A program made the translations under genes and the position numbers. 64,000 nucleotides of DNA, from assembly GCA_035649395.1 (NCBI GenBank), contig DASRJR010000174.1, forward strand, positions 9,353 to 73,352. Direction: 5' to 3'. Below are positions 14,460 through 24,499 of the stretch, one piece after another. Under the pieces are notes generated by a model that was not told the origin of the DNA, ran no database searches, and saw only the letters and a list, made by a program, of their open reading frames with translations. The first letter of the stretch is position 1; every line of letters starts with the position of its first letter. Origin of the DNA: Vicinamibacterales bacterium. Its GTDB lineage: Bacteria > Acidobacteriota > Vicinamibacteria > Vicinamibacterales > UBA2999.

Positions 14460-14774
14460 TTAGCCGTTGTTGTCGACGGCCTCGGTTGGCGCCTCGTCGC
14501 ACCCGATGCGGAGCGAACGGAGAAAGCGGCGATCGTTGGTGGTCAGGTCGAACGATTTGCGCGCGGGCAGCAGACGGGCGGGAGTGGTGATCTTGGTCAC
14601 CGCGGCTCCGTTGTTACGGCTCACAAAACCGACCACTGCTTCGAGCGTAACCCGCATGTCGAAGCCCGCTTCGCGCGCCTTGGCGCGGCAGGCTTCCACC
14701 TGGGCATTCTCGGCAACGGCGGCGGCGATCGCGTCGGCCAGCTCTTTTGCGAACCGGTTCACGACGTCATCCAT
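14460..14774 (-). CDS. hypothetical small protein
   Basis: 104-aa ORF with plausible composition. No recognisable family. Confidence 0.4.
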   Translation of the reverse strand: MDDVVNRFAKELADAIAAAVAENAQVEACRAKAREAGFDMRVTLEAVVGFVSRNNGAAVTKITTPARLLPARKSFDLTTNDRRFLRSLRIGCDEAPTEAVDNNG

Positions 14775-15062
14775 TCCAGCTCCTCCTCATCCGCCACCGG
14801 GCCGGGATCCGGGGCGTATCCCAATCCGATCCTGCACTCACCGGGGCGGCTCGCAGGGATTGGGCGCCAAAGGTGTTCATTTGTATAGGGTTAGCCTTAA
14901 GGAAGGCTGTCGGCATTGTAAGGGGAGTCTGCCGTAGTGTCAAGAAACCGGCCGATCTTCGGAGGTTTTCCCCGCGTGACTGTCGTCGCTTGCTACTCAC
15001 TGATGACTCGCCTCCGCAATTCGCTGACCCTCAAAGGCTTGGGTTAGAATCCGCCTGATCTT

Positions 15063-16631
<1,569 letters not shown>

Positions 16632-16667
16632 GCGGCTGGTGCCCTGCTTCCTCGAAGCGAACGCGCG

Positions 16668-17471
16668 ATGACCCCCCTGCTCGACGTCCAGGGCCTCACC
16701 GTCGCATTCACCAACCGCGATGCAGCGGTGACGGCGGTCGACGACATCAGCTTCACCATCGAACGCGGCGAGACGCTGGGCCTCGTCGGCGAATCGGGCA
16801 GCGGCAAGTCGGTGACCGCGTTCGCGATTCTGCGGCTGCTCCAGCCGCCAGGGCGCATCACGGGCGGCCGGGTATTGTTCGAGGGGCGCGATCTGCTGAC
16901 GTTGCCGGAATCCGAGATGCGCACCATCCGAGGAGCCGGCATCTCGCTCATTTTTCAGGAGCCGATGACCGCGTTGAATCCAGTGATGCGCGTTGGCGAT
17001 CAGATTGCCGAAGCGCTCATCGTCCACGATCGCGCCAGTCGTCGTGAGGCGCGGCAGCGGGCGATTGCGCTACTCGACTCGGTGCGCCTTCCAGATGCGG
17101 CCGCGCGTGCACGCGACTACCCTCATCAACTCTCGGGAGGCATGCGCCAGCGGGTCATGATCGCGATCGCGCTCGCCTGCCATCCGCCGCTCGTGATCGC
17201 GGATGAACCGACCACGGCGCTCGATGTCACGATCCAGGCGCAAGTACTCGAGTTGATACGCGAGCTGAAGGCGCAACACCACCTCGCGTTGCTACTGATC
17301 ACGCACGACTTCGGCGTCGTCGCCGAAATGGCCGACCGTGTCGCGGTAATGCACCGCGGGCGCCTCGTCGAACAGGGACCGGTCCGACAGATCCTGCGGG
17401 CCCCGCACCACGACTACACCAAGATCCTGCTCGCCGCCGTACCAGGGATGCGGAAGGGGGGCGGCTCCTGA
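16668..17471 (+). CDS. ABC transporter ATP-binding protein, oligopeptide/dipeptide type (DppD/OppD-like)
   Basis: Walker A GESGSGKS, signature [12 protein letters not shown], Walker [14 protein letters not shown]-loop ITHD. Confidence 0.85.
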   Translation: MTPLLDVQGLTVAFTNRDAAVTAVDDISFTIERGETLGLVGESGSGKSVTAFAILRLLQPPGRITGGRVLFEGRDLLTLPESEMRTIRGAGISLIFQEPMTALNPVMRVGDQIAEALIVHDRASRREARQRAIALLDSVRLPDAAARARDYPHQLSGGMRQRVMIAIALACHPPLVIADEPTTALDVTIQAQVLELIRELKAQHHLALLLITHDFGVVAEMADRVAVMHRGRLVEQGPVRQILRAPHHDYTKILLAAVPGMRKGGGS

Positions 17472-18349
17472 CTCGCCTGCTCGACGTTCGCCGCCTGACG
17501 AAACATTTCGTCCGTCGTCACGGCCTGTTTGCGCCGTCAACGGTCGTGCGGGCGGTCGACGATGTGAGCTTCACCGTTGACGAGGGCGAGATGTTCGGCA
17601 TTGTTGGTGAATCCGGAAGCGGCAAGAGCACGATGGGACGCTGCATCCTGCGATTGACCGAGCCGAACTCCGGCGAAGTGTGGTTTCGCGGAGAGGACGT
17701 CCTGCAGTTTTCGAAAGCGCGTCTGCGGCTGGCGCGGCGCGACATGCAGATCGTGTTTCAGGATCCGTACTCGTCGCTGAACCCGCGCATGCGCGTCGGC
17801 GACATCGTCGAGGAGCCGCTGATCATTCATCGGCTGGGGAGCACTGCCGAGCGACGGGCCCGCGTCGCGGAACTGTTCGCCCTCGTCGGCCTGGATGCGG
17901 ACCATCTGCGTCGCTACCCGCACGAGTTCAGCGGCGGGCAGCGCCAGCGGATCGGCATCGCGCGGGCGCTGGCGCTCAATCCGGCGCTGGTCATTGCCGA
18001 CGAGGCGGTGTCGGCGCTCGACGTCTCGATTCAAGCCCAGGTCGTGAGGCTGCTGATCGATCTGCGGACCCGATTGAAGTTGACGTTCCTCTTCATCGCA
18101 CACGATCTCCGGCTGGTCGAGCACGTCTGCAGCCGCGTCGCCGTGATGTATCTGGGCAAGATCGTCGAGATCGGCGATACCGCGTCGCTGTTCTCCCAGC
18201 CCACGCATCCGTACACGCGGGCCCTCCTCAGCGCCGTTCCTGTCCTCGACCCCGACGCACCGCGGCGTCGGATCGAACTCGATCCGGCGTCGTTCGATCT
18301 CGCGGCGCCGCTGCGCGAAGTCGCACCGGGACACCAGGCGGCGATCTGA
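17468..18349 (+). CDS. ABC transporter ATP-binding protein, oligopeptide/dipeptide type (DppF/OppF-like)
   Basis: Walker [38 protein letters not shown]. The track starts at GTG 17546. The same frame upstream encodes [14 protein letters not shown], the conserved first strand of ABC ATPases (compare [14 protein letters not shown] in the preceding gene). I therefore extend the gene to CTG 17468, which overlaps the upstream TGA. The start codon is uncertain. Confidence 0.75.
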   Translation: MTRLLDVRRLTKHFVRRHGLFAPSTVVRAVDDVSFTVDEGEMFGIVGESGSGKSTMGRCILRLTEPNSGEVWFRGEDVLQFSKARLRLARRDMQIVFQDPYSSLNPRMRVGDIVEEPLIIHRLGSTAERRARVAELFALVGLDADHLRRYPHEFSGGQRQRIGIARALALNPALVIADEAVSALDVSIQAQVVRLLIDLRTRLKLTFLFIAHDLRLVEHVCSRVAVMYLGKIVEIGDTASLFSQPTHPYTRALLSAVPVLDPDAPRRRIELDPASFDLAAPLREVAPGHQAAI

Positions 18350-18392
18350 TACGACCCCGCCGGCTGCTCGAGTTCTTCCGTCGTGGATTTCG

Positions 18393-19079
18393 TTATGCGG
18401 CCTGCTTGATGTCCTTCTCGATCTGACCGTCCCGCAAATGGATCGTTCGATGCGCGAAGGCCGCGATGTCCGCTTCGTGCGTGACCAGCACGATGGTGTT
18501 GCCCGCCTCGTGCAGGCGGCTGAAGAGCGCCATGATTTCCGCACCGGTCTTCGAGTCGAGGTTTCCCGTCGGTTCGTCAGCGAGCAGAATCGACGGGTCG
18601 TTGACCAGCGCACGCGCGATGGCGACACGCTGACGCTGACCGCCTGACAATTCGTTCGGTCGATGGCTCATGCGCGACGTGAGCTCCACCTTGTCGAGGG
18701 CCAGCTTGGCACGCTCGTGCCGCTCGCGTGCAGCGACGCCGCCATAGATCAGTGGGAGCTCGACGTTCTGCAGCGCCGAGGCGCGCGGCAGCAGATTGAA
18801 CGTCTGGAATACGAAGCCGATCTCCTCGTTGCGGATCTGCGCAAGCTCGTTGTCGTTCATCTGACTGACCTGCTTGCCGTTCAGGAGATAGCTGCCCTTG
18901 CTAGGCGTATCGAGACACCCGATCAAGTTCATCAACGTGGACTTGCCAGAGCCGGACGGCCCCATGATAGCGACATACTCGCCGCGCTCGATCTCCATCG
19001 AGACGCCGCGCAGCGCGTGGATCTCCTCGGATCCCATCACATAGGTCTTCCATAGATCCCGCGTTTCAATCAGGGCCAT
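18393..19079 (-). CDS. ABC transporter ATP-binding protein, MacB/LolD/FtsE-type, with no adjacent permease
   Basis: [83 protein letters not shown]. Confidence 0.85.
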   Translation of the reverse strand: MALIETRDLWKTYVMGSEEIHALRGVSMEIERGEYVAIMGPSGSGKSTLMNLIGCLDTPSKGSYLLNGKQVSQMNDNELAQIRNEEIGFVFQTFNLLPRASALQNVELPLIYGGVAARERHERAKLALDKVELTSRMSHRPNELSGGQRQRVAIARALVNDPSILLADEPTGNLDSKTGAEIMALFSRLHEAGNTIVLVTHEADIAAFAHRTIHLRDGQIEKDIKQAA

Positions 19080-19252
19080 CGAATGTCCGATCCTCTCTCG
19101 TTCCTAACAAGATTGGGCGGGCGCAAGCGCTTCCGGCCGCCCGCTTAGTTTACGGCCCGACGTCCGCCACAGTTCCTATCGATGATCTTCGTCATCGAGT
19201 GTTCTAAGACGGGTCATTTAAGCCCTTCGGCGATTTCAATTTGGAACAGGAA

Positions 19253-19285
19253 TGACAAAAAGTGGGATTACTGACAAAAAATGGG
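19253..19285 (+). promoter_or_regulatory. A-tract direct repeat (candidate activator/IHF-type site) upstream of the pilus operon
   Basis: TGACAAAAAGTGGG (19253-19266) and TGACAAAAAATGGG (19272-19285), 19 nt start-to-start. They lie in a markedly AT-richer 442-nt intergenic region. Confidence 0.3.
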
Positions 19286-19418
19286 TTCCGGTCTCTGTCA
19301 GACCCTGGGTTAGTGCTCCGTTATGGAGCACGCTCATCGCTTACGTCCGCGGAGCTAAGCGACATAAGTGGCGTCATTTCAATAGTTTAACTCCAGTCGT
19401 GATCGCGACCGTCTGAGC

Positions 19419-19434
19419 TGGCCTACGCCATGCA
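19419..19434 (+). promoter_or_regulatory. candidate sigma54 (-24/-12) promoter upstream of the pilus operon
   Basis: TGGCCTACGCCATGCA has the invariant GG (19420-19421) and GC (19432-19433) at canonical spacing (consensus TGGCACG-N4-TTGCW). It lies about 90 nt upstream of ATG 19522. The flanking consensus positions are only partly matched. Confidence 0.3.
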
Positions 19435-19521
19435 GTTACATGGATTACCACCGAGTTCCATCACGGTGGTCAAACGTCCAACGGCGCGAAAGGCCTGTTG
19501 GCTTTCAGGGAGATTGGGACG

Positions 19522-20037
19522 ATGCGAGCGAACATGTTCCTGGGAATGGCGGGCGCGACAGCCGGGGTAGCCCTCCTCTTTGCCGCGGCGACGTCGGTGT
19601 CGGCGGCCTCGGCGACTGCCAACCTGGGTGTCAGCGCGACCGTGACGAACAACTGCACCATCAGCACGTCGGCGCTGGCGTTTGGCTCCTACGACCCGGT
19701 CGGGACCAACGCATCGACGAACCTCGATGGAACGGGCAACGTGGCGGTGGCCTGCACCAAGGGTACGACCGCGACGGTCGGCCTCGGTCTCGGGTCGAAT
19801 GCCTCGGGCAGCACTCGCCGCCTGACCGACGGATCCGGGAACTACCTCACCTACGAGCTGTATCAGGACTCCGGTCACGTGACGGTGTGGGGCAACGCGG
19901 GCGCCGGTCTGCTCTCGCCGGCGGCCGCCCCGTCCAAGGCTGCGCGCAATTTCACCGTCTACGGCCAGGTCGTCAGCAATCAGGACGTGACCGCCGGCAG
20001 CTACAGCGACACGGTCGTCGCGACGGTCAACTTCTAG
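19522..20037 (+). CDS. spore coat protein U (SCPU) domain pilin, major subunit of an archaic chaperone-usher pilus
   Basis: Signal peptide ending SVSAASA. Mature part LGVSATVTNNCTISTSALAFGSY...VACTKGT...YLTYELYQDS...AGSYSDTVVATVNF matches the SCPU/CsuA-B pattern (two Cys, Y-x-L-Y, terminal VNF). Start moved to ATG 19522, preceded by AGGGAG. Confidence 0.85.
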   Translation: MRANMFLGMAGATAGVALLFAAATSVSAASATANLGVSATVTNNCTISTSALAFGSYDPVGTNASTNLDGTGNVAVACTKGTTATVGLGLGSNASGSTRRLTDGSGNYLTYELYQDSGHVTVWGNAGAGLLSPAAAPSKAARNFTVYGQVVSNQDVTAGSYSDTVVATVNF

Positions 20038-20065
20038 CAAGGTCGATGCGTACGCGGCCGATACT

Positions 20066-20854
20066 GTGGCCGTGAGGCACCAATGCAGAACAGCCAGGAC
20101 GCCGGCCCGCGTATTCCGGCTCCTGGCGATCGTCAGCGCGGCAGTCGCGATGCTGGGAGGTGGTGGGGCATCGCTGGCATCAGCGGCGACGTTCACCGTC
20201 GATCCCACCCAGATCTTCCTGCGCAATCGAACCGGCAGCGTTCTACTGACGCTCCACAACCAGAGCGCCGACTCGCTCAGCTTCCAGCTCTCGGTGTTCG
20301 CGTGGACGCAGAGCAGCACCGGCGAGATGCAGCTGCAGCCGACGCAGGACATCGTGTTCTTTCCGCCGCTGCTGACGCTGAAGCCGTCGGAAACGAGACG
20401 CGTGCGCGTGGGAACCGCGACAACGTTCGACGCCAAGGAGAAGTCCTACCGGATTTTCGTCGAGGAATTGCCGCCGACGGACGCGCCAAAGGGTGTGCGC
20501 GTGTTGACGAAGATGGGCATCCCCATCTTCCTGCGTCCGGTGAAAGAGGTTGCCACAGCTTCGCTGACCGATCTGCGGCAGCAGAACGGCCAGCTGAAAT
20601 TCACGCTCTCGAACGAGGGGACGGTGCATTTCGTGCCTCGCAATATCAAGGTGCGAGGACTGGCCGGGTCGAAGACGGCATTCGAGCGCGAGCTCGAGGG
20701 CTGGTATCTGCTGGCGGGGGGCCGGCGCGATTTCGAGACGGCGTTGCCGAAGGATGCATGCGCGCAGGTGACATCGATCATCGTCGACGTGCAGTTCGAG
20801 TCGAACCAGGTGCAGGAACGCCTGCAGACACCGACTGGAGCGTGCGCGCGCTGA
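20066..20854 (+). CDS. periplasmic pilus chaperone (PapD/CsuC-like)
   Basis: Signal peptide, then FTVDPTQIFLRNRTGSVLLTLHNQSADSLSFQLSVFAWTQ...DIVFFPPLLTLKPSETRRVRVG...YRIFVEELP, the Ig-fold chaperone pattern. Sits between the pilin and usher genes. Confidence 0.8.
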   Translation: MAVRHQCRTARTPARVFRLLAIVSAAVAMLGGGGASLASAATFTVDPTQIFLRNRTGSVLLTLHNQSADSLSFQLSVFAWTQSSTGEMQLQPTQDIVFFPPLLTLKPSETRRVRVGTATTFDAKEKSYRIFVEELPPTDAPKGVRVLTKMGIPIFLRPVKEVATASLTDLRQQNGQLKFTLSNEGTVHFVPRNIKVRGLAGSKTAFERELEGWYLLAGGRRDFETALPKDACAQVTSIIVDVQFESNQVQERLQTPTGACAR

Positions 20855-23151
20855 TCGCGCGGCGGTCGTGGATCGCCTTCATCCTCGTATGCGCCCTCCT
20901 GATGACACCGAGGTTCGCGGCCGCAGAAGACCAGCGCGCGATGCTCGAGCTCGTCGTGAATCAGGTGTCGGTCGGCGAATCCATCGTGGTCCTTCGCGAT
21001 AAGGACGCCTTCGTTCCGATCACCGCACTCACACAGGCCGGGCTGAACGGGTTTGGCGGACGCCGCGAACAGGTCGGCAGCGAGGAATTCGTCTCGCTGG
21101 CCTCACTCGCCCCCGATTTGTCGTTCTCGGTCGACGAACTCGATCTTCGGTTGAACATCACCGCGTCGCCGTCGCTGCTCGGCCGCACGATTCGCGACCT
21201 GTGGAACGGTGCCCCAGCGAATCTCATCTATCGACGTGACACGTCCGGCTACGCGAACTACTCCCTCAATTGGCACACCGGAAATCACGCCGACCTGTTT
21301 ACCGAATCCGCCATCAGCTACCGCGGGGGGTCGATTTACAACACGTTTTCGGCCACCGAGCGCTCGGCGATTCGTGGTCTCACCAACGTGACCCTCGACC
21401 GTCGTCGAGGGTTGCAGCGTTGGACGCTCGGCGACAGCCTGGCATACAGCGGTCCCCTCGGCGGCGACGCGTGGATCGGCGGACTGAGCGTGACCAAGGA
21501 GTTCTCGATCGACCCGTATTACGTGCGCTATCCCACGCTGTCGCTCTCGACGCCGATCGCGGTTCCGTCGGTGATGGAAGTCCAGGTCAACGGGCAGGTC
21601 GTGAGTCAGGAACGGGTGGCGCCGGGACGCCTGGACGTGCGCAATCTCCCACTGACGTTGGGCCGCAACGATGCCCGAATCATCGTCCGCGACGCCTTCG
21701 GCCAGACGCGCGAGCTCTCCTCCAGCTACTACCTGACGACCACCGCGCTCGCGACCGGCGTGCACGACTATCAGTACAACGTCGGCTTCCGTCGAGTCGG
21801 CGTCGGCGAGAAGAACTGGGACTATCGAGCGCCGGTCCTGCTCGCGAGGCATCGAATTGGTGTGACGAACTCGCTGACGGCCGGTGGACGCGTGGAACTG
21901 GACCCGGGTCGACTGATCAGCGGGGGCCCTTCGCTCAACGTCCGCGTTCCCTTCGGCGAAGTGGAAGCCGCGTCGTCTGTGAGCCGCCGGAACAACGAGT
22001 GGGGCACGGCACACAGAACTGCCTTCAACTACTCGAGCCGGCCGATCAGTGCCGGTGGCTCGATCATGGTCGCGAGCCGCCGATATGCGACGCTCACTCC
22101 GAATGTGGTGAACGAGGACCCTGCCACACAGGCAAATCTGTACGCGAGCACGTCGGTCCTGAAGGCACTCGGCCTCACGTTGCAGCATTCGATGACGCGA
22201 ATGCATCAGGGATTGAGGCGCGAGCGGTCGGGACTTCTGGCCTCCATTCACGTCAGCCGAAACGTCGAACTGACCGGGAGCGTCACGCGCACGCGAGACG
22301 AACACGGCCGCGGGCGCGAGGTGTATGGCGGGCTGACGGTGCTGTTCGGACGGGCGTCTGCCACGGTGTCGAGGACGCGAGACGACCGCGGCACGCGCAC
22401 CGCGTTGGACGCGCAGCAAGCATTGCCCGTCGGTGCCGGCTATGGCTACCAGATGCACGTCGAGGAAGGTTCGACGGACGTCATGACGGGCGTAGCGCGG
22501 TATCAGACTCAGCATGGACGATATGAGCTGCGCCAGGAAACCATCGGCAACCAGACGGCGACCACGCTGAGTGCGATGGGCAGCGTCGTCGGGATCGGTG
22601 GCGGGCTCTACGCCACGCGTCCGGTCCAACAGAGCTTCGCGTTGGTTCGGGTGCCCGGCGTCGAAGGAGTGCGCGCGTTCTCGAGCCACCAGGAAATCGG
22701 CAAGACGGGGCGGCGCGGCGACGTGCTCGTGCCCGACCTGCAGGCGTACTACGGCAATCTTCTGAACATCGCCGATGGCGATGTTCCCCTTCACTACGCG
22801 GTCGGCGACGCCGGCATGACGCTCGCGCCCCCGTATCGGGGCGGCGCCGTGGCGCTCTTCGATGTGCAGAAGGTGCAGCGCGTGCTTGGCCGTATCAAGG
22901 TGAGCAACGGGCGCGAAGAGAAGTATCAGCAGTACGGTGAGCTCACGGTCACCACGGTGAGCGGACGGAGCTACGGTTCACCGGTGGGCAGTGACGGCAC
23001 GTTCTACTTCGAGAACCTGCCGAACGGCGCCTACGATGCCGTGATGCAGTATCGCGACGTGCGATGTACGTTCCGATTGACCGTTCCCGACTCGAAGGAC
23101 ACCACGGTCGATCTCGGTACAGTGCGATGCACACCGGATGGTGGTCGATGA
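20842..23151 (+). CDS. outer-membrane fimbrial usher (CsuD/McuC-like)
   Basis: About 769 aa from GTG 20842 (VRALIARRSWIAFILVCALLMTPRFAAAEDQ signal). Beta-rich body follows. N-terminal LELVVNQVSVGESIVVLRDKDAFVPITALTQAGL is usher-like. The 5' 759 nt of the track ORF (20083-20841) overlaps the chaperone in another frame and is not coding for the usher. Confidence 0.8.
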   Translation: MRALIARRSWIAFILVCALLMTPRFAAAEDQRAMLELVVNQVSVGESIVVLRDKDAFVPITALTQAGLNGFGGRREQVGSEEFVSLASLAPDLSFSVDELDLRLNITASPSLLGRTIRDLWNGAPANLIYRRDTSGYANYSLNWHTGNHADLFTESAISYRGGSIYNTFSATERSAIRGLTNVTLDRRRGLQRWTLGDSLAYSGPLGGDAWIGGLSVTKEFSIDPYYVRYPTLSLSTPIAVPSVMEVQVNGQVVSQERVAPGRLDVRNLPLTLGRNDARIIVRDAFGQTRELSSSYYLTTTALATGVHDYQYNVGFRRVGVGEKNWDYRAPVLLARHRIGVTNSLTAGGRVELDPGRLISGGPSLNVRVPFGEVEAASSVSRRNNEWGTAHRTAFNYSSRPISAGGSIMVASRRYATLTPNVVNEDPATQANLYASTSVLKALGLTLQHSMTRMHQGLRRERSGLLASIHVSRNVELTGSVTRTRDEHGRGREVYGGLTVLFGRASATVSRTRDDRGTRTALDAQQALPVGAGYGYQMHVEEGSTDVMTGVARYQTQHGRYELRQETIGNQTATTLSAMGSVVGIGGGLYATRPVQQSFALVRVPGVEGVRAFSSHQEIGKTGRRGDVLVPDLQAYYGNLLNIADGDVPLHYAVGDAGMTLAPPYRGGAVALFDVQKVQRVLGRIKVSNGREEKYQQYGELTVTTVSGRSYGSPVGSDGTFYFENLPNGAYDAVMQYRDVRCTFRLTVPDSKDTTVDLGTVRCTPDGGR

Positions 23152-23609
23152 AGTGGGCGTGCGCCCTCGTCGCAACCGCCGCCGTGATGGGTGTGCTTGG
23201 CGGCGCGAGCGCCGAGGCCGCACCGACGTGCACCATCTCCACCACATCGGTGAACTTCGGCACTTACGACGTGTTTGCGAGTTCCGCGACCGATTCGACC
23301 GGCACCGTGACGATCACCTGCAACGGCGCGGCGCACAACATCGTCGTCACGTTGAGCACCGGCGCAAGCGGCGCGTACAACCCGCGTACCATGACCGGCG
23401 GCGGCGAGACGCTGTCGTACAACCTGTATCGAGACGCTGCGCGCACGAGCATTTGGGGTGACGGAACAGGCGGGACGTCGACCTACACCGATGCCAATCC
23501 TCCGAACAACACGACCATCCCCATCACCGTGTATGGTCGCGTGCCGGCAGGTCAGGATGTGAGCGCCGGGGGGTACTCGGATACGGTTTCGGCGGTGATC
23601 AATTTCTGA
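23148..23609 (+). CDS. second SCPU-domain pilin (minor/tip subunit candidate)
   Basis: MKWACALVATAAVMGVLGGASAEA signal, then APTCTISTTSVNFGTYDV...VTITCNGA...LSYNLYRDA...AGGYSDTVSAVINF. The ATG overlaps the usher stop (ATGA). Confidence 0.85.
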   Translation: MKWACALVATAAVMGVLGGASAEAAPTCTISTTSVNFGTYDVFASSATDSTGTVTITCNGAAHNIVVTLSTGASGAYNPRTMTGGGETLSYNLYRDAARTSIWGDGTGGTSTYTDANPPNNTTIPITVYGRVPAGQDVSAGGYSDTVSAVINF

Positions 23610-23625
23610 GTGCCGATCAGAAATT
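23601..23625. terminator. perfect 9-bp inverted repeat spanning both convergent stop codons
   Basis: AATTTCTGA-GTGCCGA-TCAGAAATT. Each arm encodes Asn-Phe-stop of the pilin-type ORF on its strand. Confidence 0.45.
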
Positions 23626-23925
23626 CACTGTCACCACACTCAGATCGGCGTGCGGCGCACCGGATGAAACGGGCGCCCCATTGCTCGTCGTCACCTGGAC
23701 ATCACGAGCGGCGCCCGTCGCGCACTGGAGTCGGAGGCGGGGAGCATCGCCTACGACTGGCTGCGCGTCGACGACACACGAGCGCACAACGGTCACACTG
23801 ACCGTCAGCTGCGACTGCGTGGAATCAGCGACGAGCGGCGCGGTGGCCATCATCGTGGTGAGCGCAACCAGTGCGCATGGCACTCGGTGATGGCCGATGA
23901 CGGAGTCGCTACCCAACGTAAACAC
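23617..23925 (-). CDS. short SCPU-like secreted protein (about 70-aa mature domain)
   Basis: Signal-like N-terminus (HHRVPCALVALTTMMATAPLVA), then LTVSVTVVRSCVV...LRLQCATGAA...LSVVTVNF. It shares the V-S-x-T-V-x-x-x-C strand, the second Cys and the terminal VNF with the two pilins. By hand count its GC3 is lower than the pilin gene's, so coding status is less certain. Confidence 0.45.
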   Translation of the reverse strand: MFTLGSDSVIGHHRVPCALVALTTMMATAPLVADSTQSQLTVSVTVVRSCVVDAQPVVGDAPRLRLQCATGAARDVQVTTSNGAPVSSGAPHADLSVVTVNF

Positions 23926-24220
23926 CTTTCAAGACCTGCGGTGACGCCTCTTCACCAAACCGGATCGACGGCAACGCGGCGATCAGTGAATCAAGGCTCA
24001 TTGATCGCGGAAGCCGCAGCAGCGCCGTCCGCGTCTCATCGTCGTCGCGCTGAAGCTGCAACCAGACGAACGGGCCGTCTGTGTGAATGCCCTGAACGCG
24101 GGAATGCCATTCGCCGTGTTCAGTCGATACCGATGCCCCATCGAGCATCGCGAACAAACGATCTGTGTCCGAAACAACCTCCCTGTGATCGAGTACGCGG
24201 GCCGCTTCCGACATGCGCAT
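23909..24220 (-). CDS. hypothetical protein (weak call)
   Basis: 103-aa ORF overlapping the start of the mini-SCPU ORF by 17 nt. My hand count gives third-position GC of roughly two thirds, lower than flanking genes. No family recognised. Confidence 0.3.
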   Translation of the reverse strand: MRMSEAARVLDHREVVSDTDRLFAMLDGASVSTEHGEWHSRVQGIHTDGPFVWLQLQRDDDETRTALLRLPRSMSLDSLIAALPSIRFGEEASPQVLKGVYVG

Positions 24221-24499
24221 CCTCCAAGAGAGACACGGTCGTGAACCGTACGGGTTTCACAAACCTGGCCAGATTGATTCAGGAGGGGGAAGGTGAGCAG
24301 TAACCTATTGATCCAGCAGCGGCTTGTCAACAGATTGCTGCAGCCGGTCGGCGGCGAATCGATGAGCAAAGTGTGCGGAAGCGGCAGACATTAGGTTCGC
24401 GATTTGTGCCACAACCGCACGCCCGAAATTGCGGATCAGGGGAACCGCTCGCGTCCGCACGGTATGAGGGTCCGCCATCAGGGTTCTCCGCACCTGACG

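Noticed and set aside
15036-15056. GGGTTAGAATCCGCC resembling a tRNA T-loop
   Set aside because: The flanking bases cannot form a T-stem or an acceptor stem, and no cloverleaf can be drawn.
14775-15062. Possible cobalamin riboswitch in the leader of the B12-dependent mutase gene (CCCCGCGTGACTGT, GGGGAGTCTGCC)
   Set aside because: The fragments only loosely resemble the conserved core and B12 box, and they occur in the wrong order and spacing. B12 riboswitches normally control uptake, biosynthesis or B12-independent isozymes, not the mutase. A cmscan with Rfam RF00174 would settle it.
19110-19145. GC-rich inverted repeat GCGGGCG...CGCCCGC near the start of the MacB-type ATPase gene as a terminator
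   Set aside because: No gene ends here on either strand; both flanking genes start here. At most it is a leader structure.
20083-20841. 5' extension of the usher ORF (the track gives 1022 aa from 20083)
   Set aside because: This part overlaps the chaperone gene in another frame and translates to Arg-rich junk. A signal peptide follows the in-frame GTG at 20842.
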